From contig JADJTE010000009.1 in assembly GCA_016711295.1 (NCBI GenBank), positions 56,919 through 120,918 on the forward strand: a stretch of 64,000 nucleotides of DNA, given 5' to 3'. The notes under the pieces are model-generated. The model did not search any database and was not told the origin of the DNA. It saw nothing but the letters and a program-made list of their open reading frames with translations. Position numbers and translations under genes: made by a program. The DNA comes from Sphingobacteriales bacterium. GTDB taxonomy: Bacteria > Bacteroidota > Bacteroidia > Chitinophagales > UBA2359. Below are positions 48,750 to 59,379 of the stretch, in pieces (position 1 is the stretch's first letter; every line of letters starts with the position of its first letter).

Positions 48750-51168
48750 TCAATAGCCTGTTTTTATCAATTTTAGCTGCTGATTGCCGCAGCGCACCCA
48801 GTAGCTACCTGCGGGTACTTGCGCCCCCCATTGCCAAGAGCTATTGGGCAATAGGGTTTGTTGCGCTACCAATCTGCCGTATAGGTCAAATATTTGTAGG
48901 GTAGCCGCGCCGTCGAGGTTGTTATTATTGGCTGTGGCGGCGGGGCGCATGATTATGTTGGTCTGTTGTTCAAAGATAGAAGGTGCGGCACTCAATTGCG
49001 GTATATTGGCAGTGGGTATATCGGCAATATCCGCGCTATTATTCGTTCCGACGATAGCAAATTTATCAAAAGCCACTTCTACTATACCCGCGCTACCGTT
49101 GTTGCGGGCTTCTATCACAAAATACGTATTAGGTGTTTCAGCAATGAGCGCGTCGAGTGGCAATACAAACGACCGCCACGCATTACTGCCATTTTGTAGC
49201 GTATCGACCAGCAAGGTCGAAAACAACAAATCGCCATTACTGCCGTTATATATATTGCAAGTAGCATCGGTGGCGTTTGCCTCGTTTGCCAAACAATAAT
49301 ATAAATCGAAATGGAGCGCAGCCGTAGCATAGCCCGATAAATCTACGGCAGGCGATAGCAGCCGTGTACTGCCATTGTCCAAATCTACGTCTTCGGGAGG
49401 GGCATATCCGTCGGCGGTCGTATAGCAATAGCCGCCCCAGTCGTCGGGCGCATCGCTATAAAACGTACAACTCGACGCGCCTTGCGTGCCCGTAGGCACA
49501 ACGCGCAACCATTGCCCCGTCATGGTGTCTGTACTCTCGACCGTCCAGCCCAAATCGGTGGCAAAATCGTCGTAATAACCATAAGGCATAACAATAGTGA
49601 TAGTAGCGTTGGCATTATTGGCAGTATCGGCAAAAGGCAAGGTAGGCAATAGCCCCCAACGCGAAGCAGATATAATATAGGTATCGTCATAAAGCCCCTC
49701 GATAGAAGCAAGCCCCGCGCTATTGGTGGTCAGCGCATAAATGCCCTCGCTACTGCTGCTCGCCCAAGAGTTGCGCACTTCAAGTACGACGTTGGGCAGA
49801 CCATTACCATAGCTGTCATTGACCTGTACTTGCAAGGCAAAGGGTGATAAGGGCTGCATCTGCACATCGAGGTCGGTAAATTGAGCTTCGTTGAGTGTAA
49901 TGCTCGATATAGTAGGGGTTGGTAGCCATATTTTTCAAACATAATATCATAAGTACCGCTATTAGCAGTACCCATTCTGTACGTACCGCCAAAACGACTT
50001 TGGTCAAATGAACTCGTACCTACGATGGAAATGCGCACACCCGCCACACCCGCACCGCTAAGGGCATCGGTAATATTGCCTTGTAGGTAAGAAGCGCGTT
50101 GGTACTGCGGTCGGGTAATGAACAAGCCCTGTTGTCGGTCGCTGGCAATTAGGTTGCCCGAAGGTAAATATTGGTATACTCCCCAACAGCCCGCCGAACC
50201 ACCACCTGTATTAGGCGAAGTGTCGTAATATTCGGTTTCGACTAAGGCATCGGGCACATGCGCATCTATCACCCTAAAACCCGCCGTATAGTACGACAGA
50301 ATGATAAAATCGTTCAAGACATGCGCATTATGAGGCATAGTATTAGTGCCTGGATAGGCTTGGTAGCGGTCTAACTCGCGAATATCGTTTAGGTCGCTAA
50401 TGTCGTATGCTGCCATCGTAGCTCCGTCTCGTTCATCGGTCGTAAATATAGTGTGGCTATCATCTGACAACCAAGCATTATGCGTAAATGCATTAGGCGT
50501 GGTTTGGGTTGCCAACAAAACGGGGTTCAATTTGTCGCTGATATCGACAATGCTCAACTGCCCTGCATAAATTTCGGATACATACATCATATCATCGCGC
50601 ACAAAACAATCGTGGGCATAGTTTCCTTTATACGTATTGATATAGGTTGGCTGCGTAGGGTCGGGGTTAAGGTCAAACATCATCACCCTCGCTCGGCAAC
50701 GGGTATATCCAATGCCATATTGTTAAAACCATTGAGGTACAAAAAGCCATTTTCGTCAATCCAAAGGCTATGCACTCGCTTCACACGCCCTTGGGCAGTA
50801 AACTGAAAAGTATCGATAGCCGTAGGCAACTGGCTTAGGTCGATAATCGTTACGCCACCGTCGACCTCGTCTACTACGTATGCATAGCTCTGCCACGTCT
50901 TTATCTCGCGCCATATATTAAAGTCGTCGGGCACAAAAAAGAGTTCGTTGGGATTGGCAGGGTCGCTAATATCGACAATGCTCGTACCACTTTTTACACC
51001 TACCAGGGCATATTCTCTGCCTTCGGAGTCGGTATAGCCCCACAAACTACTCAGTCCATCGGGATAAAATTTACTGCCCAACAAAGGCATTTCGTTTTGC
51101 GCCTGCAAAGTAATAGACGCAAAACAAGCAAATAAAAAAGGCGATAAAGCCCAAAATAAGGTTTTCAT
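48750..51168 (-). CDS. secreted LVIVD-repeat (choice-of-anchor-B-like) protein with T9SS C-terminal sorting domain; two frame breaks
   Basis: ORFs 50683-51213 (signal peptide MKTLFWALSPFLFACFASITLQAQ from 51168), 49730-50686 and 48750-49865 join. The motifs xxIVDISD and IIDLS repeat. The C-terminal tail is LQIFDLYGRLVAQQ...GSYWVRCGNQ. Confidence 0.7.
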
Positions 51169-51240
51169 GGTAGCGTACAATAAAGAGGTGGCAAATGGCG
51201 ATGAGAAGGGCACGATTCATCACGCTGGCGCCATAAACAC

Positions 51241-51873
51241 CTAAAATTCGAGGTCAGTAATATTGGGGTCTAACAACAAATCATTGGCTAATAGCTCGTG
51301 GCTGGCATGTTTGCCTACCAGCGTCCATGTACCGACTAAGGCATCGCCGCGGCGCAAAAATTTACCTTTTTCGGCGCGTAGTTTATGTTTAGCAAACAAA
51401 TCATTGTATTGGTTGATCGATGTATTATGATAGCGATAGGTGATGCGATAATTGCGCACTTCATTAGCAGCATCGATAAAACCCTCCAAGCGCGATAACA
51501 ACAACAAAATAAGCAGAATAAATGCCAATGCCACCAAAGCCAAGCCAGCATAACCCGCTCCAATAGCCATACCCAAAGCCGCTGATACCCAAATAGTAGC
51601 GGCAGTAGTTAAGCCCGAAACGCGGTTCTCTTCTTTAAAAATAGAACCCGCTCCCAAAAAACCAATACCCGTGACGACGTTTGCCGCTATGCGGTCGGGC
51701 GAACTGTTCCCAATTTTGAGCGATAAAATCGTGAATAAAGCCGAAGCTACACAAATGAGCGTAATAGTACGGAAGCCCGCTGTCTTGTTGCGGTATTCGC
51801 GCTCCGAACCAATAGCCGCCCCTACAGCCAAAGCCAATAATAATTTGACAACATCTTGCCAGATAAGTTCCAT
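51241..51873 (-). CDS. MgtC/SapB family membrane protein
   Basis: This is a 210-aa ORF with AVGAAIGSEREYRNKTAGFRTITLICV and GIGFLGAGSIFKE. Confidence 0.8.
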   Translation of the reverse strand: MELIWQDVVKLLLALAVGAAIGSEREYRNKTAGFRTITLICVASALFTILSLKIGNSSPDRIAANVVTGIGFLGAGSIFKEENRVSGLTTAATIWVSAALGMAIGAGYAGLALVALAFILLILLLLSRLEGFIDAANEVRNYRITYRYHNTSINQYNDLFAKHKLRAEKGKFLRRGDALVGTWTLVGKHASHELLANDLLLDPNITDLEF

Positions 51874-51967
51874 GAAGTAATAAATAGCTATAAAGTGTGA
51901 TAGAAGCGCAAAGGTAATTTTTACGCTCGATTAATCCAATAAAACACCAAAATTTGCCACCTATTAG

Positions 51968-51975
51968 TAACTTTG
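51968..51975 (+). promoter_or_regulatory. candidate -7 box (TAACTTTG)
   Basis: This matches TAnnTTTG 63 nt upstream of the ATG at 52038. Confidence 0.45.
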
Positions 51976-52037
51976 CGCCGTGCCTTGCGTCCATAAGGCA
52001 ATCCATCTAATACTAACCTTTAATCTTTTTCAGCAAC

Positions 52038-52696
52038 ATGCCCAAAAAAAACATTTTTGACATCTTATCCGATGCCGTAGACAATATCAATGGCAAACAG
52101 GACGATTCCGCACAGTCAGACAACAGCAACGACAAAGGCGGTATCGGCGGCATTATCGAAGACGTTATCGATGCCGTAAAAGGAAACAAAAACAAAACGA
52201 ACGCCCCCAGCAACGACAGCAATAACGACAGCAACGACAAAGGCGGTATCGGCGGCATTATCGAAGACGTTATCGATGCCGTAAAAGGAAACAAAAACAA
52301 AACGAACGCCCCCAGCAACGACAGCAATAACGACAGCAACGACAAAGGCGGTATCGGCGGCATTATCGAAGACGTTATCGATGCCGTAAAAGGAAACAAA
52401 AACAAAACGAACGCCCCCAGCAACGACAGCAATAACGACAGCAACGACAAAGGCGGTATCGGCGGCATTATCGAAGACGTTATCGATGCCGTAAAAGGAA
52501 ACAAAAACAAAACGAACGCCCCAGCAACGACAGCAATAACGACAGCAACGACAAAGGCGGTATCGGCGGCATTATCGAAGATGTTATCGATGCCGTGAAA
52601 GGAAACAAGCGCAGTACCCCTACCCCACCCGCCGACTCCAAGCCCCCCGTAGCCGACAGCAGCGGGCGCGTCCGCGTTACGCCTAAGAAAAAATAA
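52038..52696 (+). CDS. hydrophilic tandem-repeat protein (35-aa unit x about 5), unknown function; one frame break
   Basis: It reads MPKKNIFDILSDAVDNING..., then repeats of NDKGGIGGIIEDVIDAVKGNKNKTNAPSNDSNNDS. After a 1-nt loss (C4 at 52519-52522 against C5 in the other units) the frame continues to ...KRSTPTPPADSKPPVADSSGRVRVTPKKK*, with the stop at 52694-52696. Confidence 0.55.
52128..52610 (+). repeat. 105-bp tandem repeat, about 4.6 copies, nearly perfect
   Basis: The motif gacaaaggcggtatcggcggc recurs at 52131, 52236, 52341, 52446 and 52550. Confidence 0.9.
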
Positions 52697-52710
52697 GCCG
52701 CTTATTCATA

Positions 52711-53691
52711 ATGAATAGCTTCGGACGCATTTTTCGGGTCAGCATTTTTGGCGAATCACACAACCACGTGATGGGCATTGTCTTGGACGGTGTGCCTGCG
52801 GGTATGCCTTTGTGTGCCGACGATTTTGCACCTGATTTGCGCCGCCGCCAAAGCAGGTGCGCGCACCACGCCGCGCAAAGAAAGCGATTTACCCCAATTG
52901 GTAAGCGGTGTCTTTAATGGACATAGCACAGGCGCACCGCTTACTATTTTGGTGGCTAACGAAAATATACGCCCTGTCGACTACGACAAATTGCGCGATA
53001 TGCCGCGCCAGGGCACGCCGATTTTGTAGCCCGCCACAAATTCAAAGGCTTTGAAGATTATAGGGGCGGAGGGCATTTTTCGGGCAGGCTTACGGTATTG
53101 TTAGTAGCGGCAGGTGTAGTTGCCAAAAAAATATTATCTCCCTTGTGCGTCGATGCTCGTATAGCTTCGGTAGGCGGCGAAACCGACCCCGAAATAGGAC
53201 TGCAAAAAGCCATTGACCGCAAAGATAGCGTAGGCGGTATCGTCGAATGTGTAGTGCGTGGCGTGCCAATAGGCTGGGGCGAGCCTTTTTTTGACTCGGT
53301 AGAGTCTGTATTGGCACATGCCTTGTTTGCCATACCCGCCGTAAAAGGCGTAGAGTTCGGCGCAGGTTTTGCCGCAGCACAAATGTTTGGCAGCCAACAC
53401 AACGACCCCATCGTCAATCTGCAAGGCACTACCCTTAGTAATCATGCGGGCGGTATAGTGGGTGGCATCAGCAATGGCAACGACTTAGTGTTTCGCGTTG
53501 CCGTCAAACCCACTTCAAGCACGCCCCAAGACCAACAAACCATCAATCTAAGCACCCAAACAATCGATACCTTGCGCATAAGAGGCAGGCACGACCTCTG
53601 TATAGCACTACGCGCCCCCGTCGTAGTAGAAGCGGTAGCCGCTATCGCCTTAGCCGATTTGATGGCTTTGCACCGCGCCTTATGGCAGTGA
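52711..53691 (+). CDS. aroC: chorismate synthase; two or more frame breaks
   Basis: ORFs 52711-52917, 52778-53029 and 53098-53691 join. The sequence reads MNSFGRIFRVSIFGESH...GVFNGHSTGAPL...GGGHFSGR...SVGGIVECVVRGVPIGWGEP...RGRHD. Confidence 0.9.
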
Positions 53692-53745
53692 GACAAGCGC
53701 GGTATATTCACAAAAAGCATAAGCTCAATAATTATCGGTTTGGTT

Positions 53746-53877
53746 GTAACTATTTAGGGTATAGGGTTTTGGGTGTGGGGTAATGGGTTATATCTATCTA
53801 ATAATGCCTGAAATCATTGCATATTCAATCGGAAATAGCTATCCTTGTGGGCTGTTTTTACAAGGCTAAATAGTTAC
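53746..53877. mobile_element. MITE-like element, family 1, copy b
   Basis: This 132-bp element has perfect 12-bp terminal inverted repeats, gtaactatttag and ctaaatagttac. It is flanked by an 8-bp duplication, GTTTGGTT, at 53738-53745 and 53878-53885. Confidence 0.8.
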
Positions 53878-54149
53878 GTTTGGTTTTTTAATTTTGAGTA
53901 AGAAATTAACGGGAACATCTGGCTTGCGCCCTTGCTCCAATTTATAACACAGACCATTGGGATATCACCCCTACGGGGTGCCGTCTTTATTTTCTATTAG
54001 CATGTCGCCCCGAAGGGGCTTAGAAAACGGTCTTTCTATTTGTGGTTTCTAATTTGGAGTAAAAAATTAACGGAAGCATCTGGCTTGCGCCCTTGCTATA
54101 AAGCAGCATTGACCAAAATTTATGACCGAAACTTAAAAATCAAACCACT
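53878..54149. mobile_element. family-2-related repeat (shared terminal sequences, different interior with an internal ~50-bp duplication)
   Basis: The left end, gtttggttttttaattttgag, and the right end, aacttaaaaatcaaaccact, resemble the family-2 termini. The interior duplicates ttaattttgagtaagaaattaacgg.a.catctggcttgcgcccttgct. The family-1 copy appears to be inserted into its left end. Confidence 0.45.
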
Positions 54150-54521
54150 ATGACTACCGAATTTAGCAATGTGGACGAATATATCAGTTCTTTTCCTGAA
54201 AATATTCAGGTTTTGCTCAAGCAGATTCGCGCAACGATAGTAGCCAAAGCCCCCGAAGCCACAGAGGGCATTGCTTATGGTATGCCTGCCTACAAAACTT
54301 ATGGCAAGGCTTTGGTCTATTTCGCAGGGTTCAAAAAGCATATCGGGTTTTATGCCACACCTACCGGACATACTGAATTTGCCGCCGAACTTTCTATCTA
54401 TAAACAAGGTAAAGGTTCTGTTCAATTTCCGCTCGATAGCCCTATTCCGCTTGACCTCATTGGGCGAATTGTAGCATTTAGGGTACAAGAAAACGAATCG
54501 AAATCGCGCAGAAAGAAATAA
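54150..54521 (+). CDS. DUF1801 (YdhG-like) domain protein
   Basis: This is a 123-aa ORF reading VDEYISSFPENIQVLLKQIRATI...GMPAYKTYGKALVYFAGFKKHIGFY. Confidence 0.7.
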   Translation: MTTEFSNVDEYISSFPENIQVLLKQIRATIVAKAPEATEGIAYGMPAYKTYGKALVYFAGFKKHIGFYATPTGHTEFAAELSIYKQGKGSVQFPLDSPIPLDLIGRIVAFRVQENESKSRRKK

Positions 54522-54631
54522 AAATATAAAATATATATTTTATATTTAGCCTTTGCCCCGAATAGGAGTAAGGGCTAAATAAATTTAGGTATGATGCCAA
54601 GGTATGGCTTTGGGTAGCACCAAGTCATTGC

Positions 54632-55684
54632 TTGGCAATAAGCGGGTATGTCGTTACAATTATGTCAAAAATGCTTCGTACCTTTGTGGCACCGAATCAC
54701 CCAAATATCAATCAAACTTTACTTGTGGACTTAAAAGCCGTATTACTCGAAAAAATCCGTCAGAACGGCGGTTGGGTCAATGCCCACGCACATTTAGACC
54801 GTGCCTACACGCTGACAGAAGACAATTTTCGTTACATCAATGCCCATCTCAAAGACAAATGGCATTTGATAGACACGATGAAACGCGAAATGTCGGTAGA
54901 CAATATTTATGACCGCATGGCTCGCGCTACCGAGTTTTTTGTCGCACAGGGCTGCCAAGCTATCGGCACATTTATCGATGTAGATGAGGTGATAGAAGAC
55001 AAAGCCATCATTGCATCTCAACGCTTGCGCGAACGGTTTAAGGGTAGCATCGAAATCAAGTTTGTCAATCAGGTACTCAAAGGCGTTATCGAACCGCGCG
55101 CCCGACATTGGTTCGACATCGCCGTTCAATTTGTCGATATTATTGGTGGTTTGCCCGCCAAAGATGCAGGGCATGAAGGCGAGCATTTAGACGTACTACT
55201 TAGCACGGGTAAGGCACTGAACAAATGGGTACACGTACACATTGACCAATTTAATAGTGCAGACGAAAAAGAAACCGAGCTATTAGCCCGCAAAACCATC
55301 GAACACGGCATGCAAGGCAAAGTAGCGGGCGTACACGGCATTTCCTTAGCCGCCCACCCGCTGGTATATCGACGCGAGGTGTATCACCTGCTCAAAGAAG
55401 CCAACGTAGCTATGATTGCTTGCCCCTTGGCGTGGATAGACCACACCCGAAACGAACGCCTCGCCCCCAGCCACAATTCGATTACGCCTATCGATGAGCT
55501 AATCCCCGCAGGTGTTACGGTAGCCTTGGGAACTGACAATATAGCCGACATTTACAAACCTTTCTCGGACGGCGATATGTGGATAGAACTACGCCTGCTC
55601 CTTGAATCATGCCGCTACTATCACCCCGAAGACTTAGTAGAATTAGCTACTACCAATGGTTTAAAAGTATTGGGTCTCAAATAA
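54632..55684 (+). CDS. amidohydrolase-superfamily protein (cytosine-deaminase-like)
   Basis: The HxH metal motif is present (GGWVNAHAHLDRAY), with later His/Asp ligands (HVHIDQ, GTDN). The start may be the internal Met near 54662. Confidence 0.6.
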   Translation: MAISGYVVTIMSKMLRTFVAPNHPNINQTLLVDLKAVLLEKIRQNGGWVNAHAHLDRAYTLTEDNFRYINAHLKDKWHLIDTMKREMSVDNIYDRMARATEFFVAQGCQAIGTFIDVDEVIEDKAIIASQRLRERFKGSIEIKFVNQVLKGVIEPRARHWFDIAVQFVDIIGGLPAKDAGHEGEHLDVLLSTGKALNKWVHVHIDQFNSADEKETELLARKTIEHGMQGKVAGVHGISLAAHPLVYRREVYHLLKEANVAMIACPLAWIDHTRNERLAPSHNSITPIDELIPAGVTVALGTDNIADIYKPFSDGDMWIELRLLLESCRYYHPEDLVELATTNGLKVLGLK

Positions 55685-55792
55685 ACCTCTCGTAGCGTAG
55701 GACTAAGCCCACTAAGTAGCCTTTTTCCTACGCTATAGTTATATTTGCCTGAAACAAAATATCATTATTAATTTTATTTATATTTATCAGCC

Positions 55793-56350
55793 ATGCGCAA
55801 TTTTCTCAAAACCACTTTGGCATTTAGCAAAAAAGTAGCTACTACGGGTGCTTTGTTTGAGACTTCGCGGCATGTTGTGGCGGCTATTACGCAGCCCGTC
55901 ACGCCACAAACTCGGCAAGTAATTGTCGAATATGGCGCGGGACATGGCAATATCACGCGGGGCATATTGGCAAAGATGCACCCCGACTCGGTATTACTCG
56001 CATTTGAGCTACACCGCGAATTTTGCGAAGTATTGCAACAAAATGTCCAAGATTCGCGCTTGCGTGTCATCAACGATTCGGCGGCAGAACTACCTCGCTA
56101 CTTAGCGCAATACCAACTAAGTAGCGTCGATGTCATTGTATCGGCTATCCCACTTACCATCTTGCCACCCGACCTCTGCCACCAAATCATGCGCGAAGGG
56201 CACCGCCTTTTATCGCCCAATGGTACATTTATGCAAGTATTATACTCACTCCGCGCATTAGGGCGTTTCCGACAGCATTTTGCCCACGTCGGCTACCAAT
56301 CCGTATGGCGCAATATGCCGCCTGCCTGGATTTATACTTGTACTAAATAA
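55793..56350 (+). CDS. class I SAM-dependent methyltransferase (phospholipid/rRNA-adenine methyltransferase-like)
   Basis: This is a 185-aa ORF with motif I VIVEYGAGHGNITRGIL. Confidence 0.6.
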   Translation: MRNFLKTTLAFSKKVATTGALFETSRHVVAAITQPVTPQTRQVIVEYGAGHGNITRGILAKMHPDSVLLAFELHREFCEVLQQNVQDSRLRVINDSAAELPRYLAQYQLSSVDVIVSAIPLTILPPDLCHQIMREGHRLLSPNGTFMQVLYSLRALGRFRQHFAHVGYQSVWRNMPPAWIYTCTK

Positions 56351-56523
56351 TTATTCTTATTTCTTAAATGCAATATTTAAACCTTATATTGCGAACAATA
56401 GCCGTATTGTTGTAAGAAAATATCTATCGGACTAAACCTAATCATCATCATCCAAATTTGTCCTAATATTGCGCGGTATTACCTCTAATCGCGCAGTATC
56501 ATTATTTAAAGCACAAACAATTT

Positions 56524-58370
56524 ATGACCAAACAGCTACAACTATGGCTTGCAGGTGGGGCAATAGCTCTGCTAATATCCTATACAGCACAAGCCCAATG
56601 CAGTAATTATTCGGTTTATAACGTTCCTGCCGCACAATTGCCCGACAATTGCACTAATGCCATCAATGCTGGTTCGTATTACGGCAGTTGCCAAACTATC
56701 TGCATCGACAATACCGCTGCTACGGGCAGCAATACGACACCTGATTGCGCCCCCGCCACGGCACATGATATTTGGACATCGATTCAAGATGCCTATAGCA
56801 CTATTCCCGGTTTTGATGGTTCGCTGGTATTGGCTTGGAAAAAATACCCCACTTTTCCCGTTAATCAGCCTACTATGGCAACTCATCTCGACTTACAAAG
56901 AACTTTGTATATTGGTATTTTTCCGACTAATGTAAGCACTGACTGCTCTGACGGTTTTTTAGCCCCCAATATCATTTGCTCTAATTATCAAGATACTAAT
57001 CGAGATAATACCGTTGTACTTCAACCGGGCACTTTCCCAACCAATGCTCAAATAGAACAAGGGATAGAAGACAGCCCCGACCTACCCGTTACTGCTGCTA
57101 CTGTTACAAGTAGCAAAATTTGGTTTCAAATCGAAACTTTCGACAATGTACTGGCTTAATTTGTTTTGAATTGTCAAAAAAAGTAACGGGTTTTACCTGT
57201 GGCGAGCCTAATACTGTATCTTTTAGCGGTGTGGGCACTACCCAAACCCAAAATGTATCGGATTGCCTTTGTAATTCGGCAGCTAATAGCGGTTATTTTT
57301 CACAAACCAACCAACCCTGTACGCCGCCCTCTAACGGAATCAATATAGGCACGACGGCTTATTACCAAATCAATGCGCCCTATGCCTGCAACCAAATAAG
57401 CGTAAAGATAAACAGTTGGGCAGGTAGCGGCAACCTAAATGTAGCTATCTTGCGCGATATGGTATGCCCTACCGTACCCGACTCATCAACCGTACCGCCT
57501 ACGCAATATCCTGGTTGGGTAGTTGATAGTGCCGACGAATTAGCGGTCGATTGCCTCAATGCCTCGTTAAATAATAATACGGTAAGCACCTGATTGAGCA
57601 ATTGTTTGCCCGCAGGCACTTACTACGTCCTCATTTCGGGCAATACGGACAAAGACACCTTCGGCGCGGGCATTACCGTATCGGACAACACACCTACGGG
57701 CGTAGTAGTACAAGCACGTGCCTTTTTGGAGGGTTGTTATGCAGGTGGCGGCTTCATGAATACCACCTTGCGCCTCAATGGATATTTACCCTTAGCCCAA
57801 CCCTATAACCGTGTGCCTTGGCTCCATAACGGCGGTGAAGCCGTAGCTAATGCCGCCGCTATGCCCACTAATGCCGTCGATTGGGTACTGCTCGAAGTGC
57901 GAGATGCCACCACCGAAGCTCTCATCGAAACCCGCGCTGCCTTGCTGCTCGACAATGGTGCCATAGTAGATGCTGATGGCATCACGAATGGCGTGCGTTT
58001 TCAGAACATCAGTAACGGCAGCAGCTATAAATTAGCTTTGCGCCACCGCAACCACTTAGCTGTTATGGGCAGCACAGCCGTTGCTATGCCCAATGCTACG
58101 CCCTACGATTTTGCCAATACTACCCAAGTCGTACAGGGTAGCACCCAACTCAAAAATGTCGGCGGCGGCATCAACGCCCTTTTTGCAGGCGATACTAATG
58201 CCGAAGGCATCATTAATCGCACAGATTATAATAAATATGTCTTGCAAACAGGAAACACCAATCCTTATTTGGATAGCGATTGCAATTTAGACGGAACCGT
58301 CAATAGCGCAGACTTTACAACCTTGCGCCCCAATCTGCAATTATGTAATGTCGAGCAAGTTAGGTACTAA
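56524..58370 (+). CDS. secreted protein with C-terminal dockerin/EF-hand-like Ca-binding repeats; one frame break (~57140-57170) and one in-frame TGA (57591-57593)
   Basis: It has a signal peptide (LWLAGGAIALLISYTAQAQC). ORFs 56524-57159, 57120-57593 and 57594-58370 are contiguous. The C-terminus carries GDTNAEGIINRTDYNKY and DSDCNLDGTVNSADFTTL. Confidence 0.5.
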
Positions 58371-58695
58371 TGGTTTGATTTCTAAGTTTTATACACCTAC
58401 CTTACGCGAGTTTCATGCCTACGGTATTCTCAGGCTTGTGTCTATTAGATGTTACTGCTGTAATATACCTACGGCATTTTAAAGATAACATGTATTAAAT
58501 ATTTTTTAAAATTTATCGTAATTTACTGATAATCAATAAATTATATCTTGTATAAATTCCCCCTCTTTGAGGGGGTTAGGGGAGTTTTTGAACTAATATC
58601 TCAATTATCTAACGCTATTTCCTAAAGTCCTAACGCTTGGAAATGGATACATGATAAGCAAAATTAATACTCAAAATTTAAAAATTATACCACTA
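58367..58695. mobile_element. MITE-like dispersed repeat, family 2, copy b (329 bp)
   Basis: It aligns end to end with 18626-18954 and starts at the stop codon of the upstream gene. Confidence 0.65.
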
Positions 58696-58861
58696 AATAA
58701 TAGTGAGGTACTTTTTTTGATTGGTTCAGCAATCTAATGAGCATATTAGTACTAAGGCTGCCCAAGCATTCTTATCCGCAAATATGCACGTACAAAAACA
58801 CATTCGCATATTCGTAGTGTTTTGTGTAGTTATATTTTTATTTAACGCATTATCTCCTGCA

Positions 58862-59364
58862 ATGAAACGCCTTGTCTTGATACGTCATGCCAAATCGAGT
58901 TGGGACGATGGGGCAATATCTGATTTTGACCGCCCTTTGAACGCACGCGGACAGCACGACGCACCGCGCATGGGTGCTTGGCTGCGCGAAAAAGGCATTA
59001 CACCCGACCTTATCTATAGTAGCCCCGCCCAGCGTGCGCTTAGTACCGCCCGACTCATCGCCCATGAAACGGGCTACTCACTCGCCGACATCATTACTAA
59101 GGATATACTCTATCGGTTCGATAATGAGCTACTTCCCATCATCAGATGTGTAAAAAATAGTGCCGACAGTGCCCAAAGCATTTTTTATTTGGACACAACG
59201 AAACTTTTACGTATCTTGCCAACCATTTCACCCAACACCGCATCGACCACGTTCCGACCTGTGGCGTGGTCTGTTTTAGGTTTGTTACTGATACTTGGCA
59301 TAGCTTTGATAAAACATCTGCTGCCTTAGATTTTGTCCAATTTCCCAAACAACTGCCGCTGTAG
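58862..59364 (+). CDS. sixA: histidine phosphatase family protein (SixA-like); one frame break (~59175)
   Basis: It reads MKRLVLIRHAKSSW...RPLNARG. My own translation of the shifted frame gives GHNETFTYLANHFTQHRIDHVPTCGVVCFRF...LDFVQFPKQLPL*, with the stop at 59362-59364. Confidence 0.7.
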
Positions 59365-59379
59365 TTATATCGTATTTAT

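Noticed and set aside
52013-52510. A 165-aa hydrophobic ORF lies antisense to the 105-bp repeat gene.
   Set aside because: It consists only of repeat units with no unique N- or C-terminus. The plus-strand frame has a TAnnTTTG box, a unique start and a unique tail.
57591-57593. An in-frame TGA joins ORFs 57120-57593 and 57594-58370. This could be selenocysteine, readthrough or an altered genetic code.
   Set aside because: TGA clearly acts as a stop elsewhere, for example at the end of the HRDC gene at 39424-39426. There is no redox CxxU context and no convincing SECIS-like hairpin downstream. A base error or a genuine nonsense mutation is more likely.
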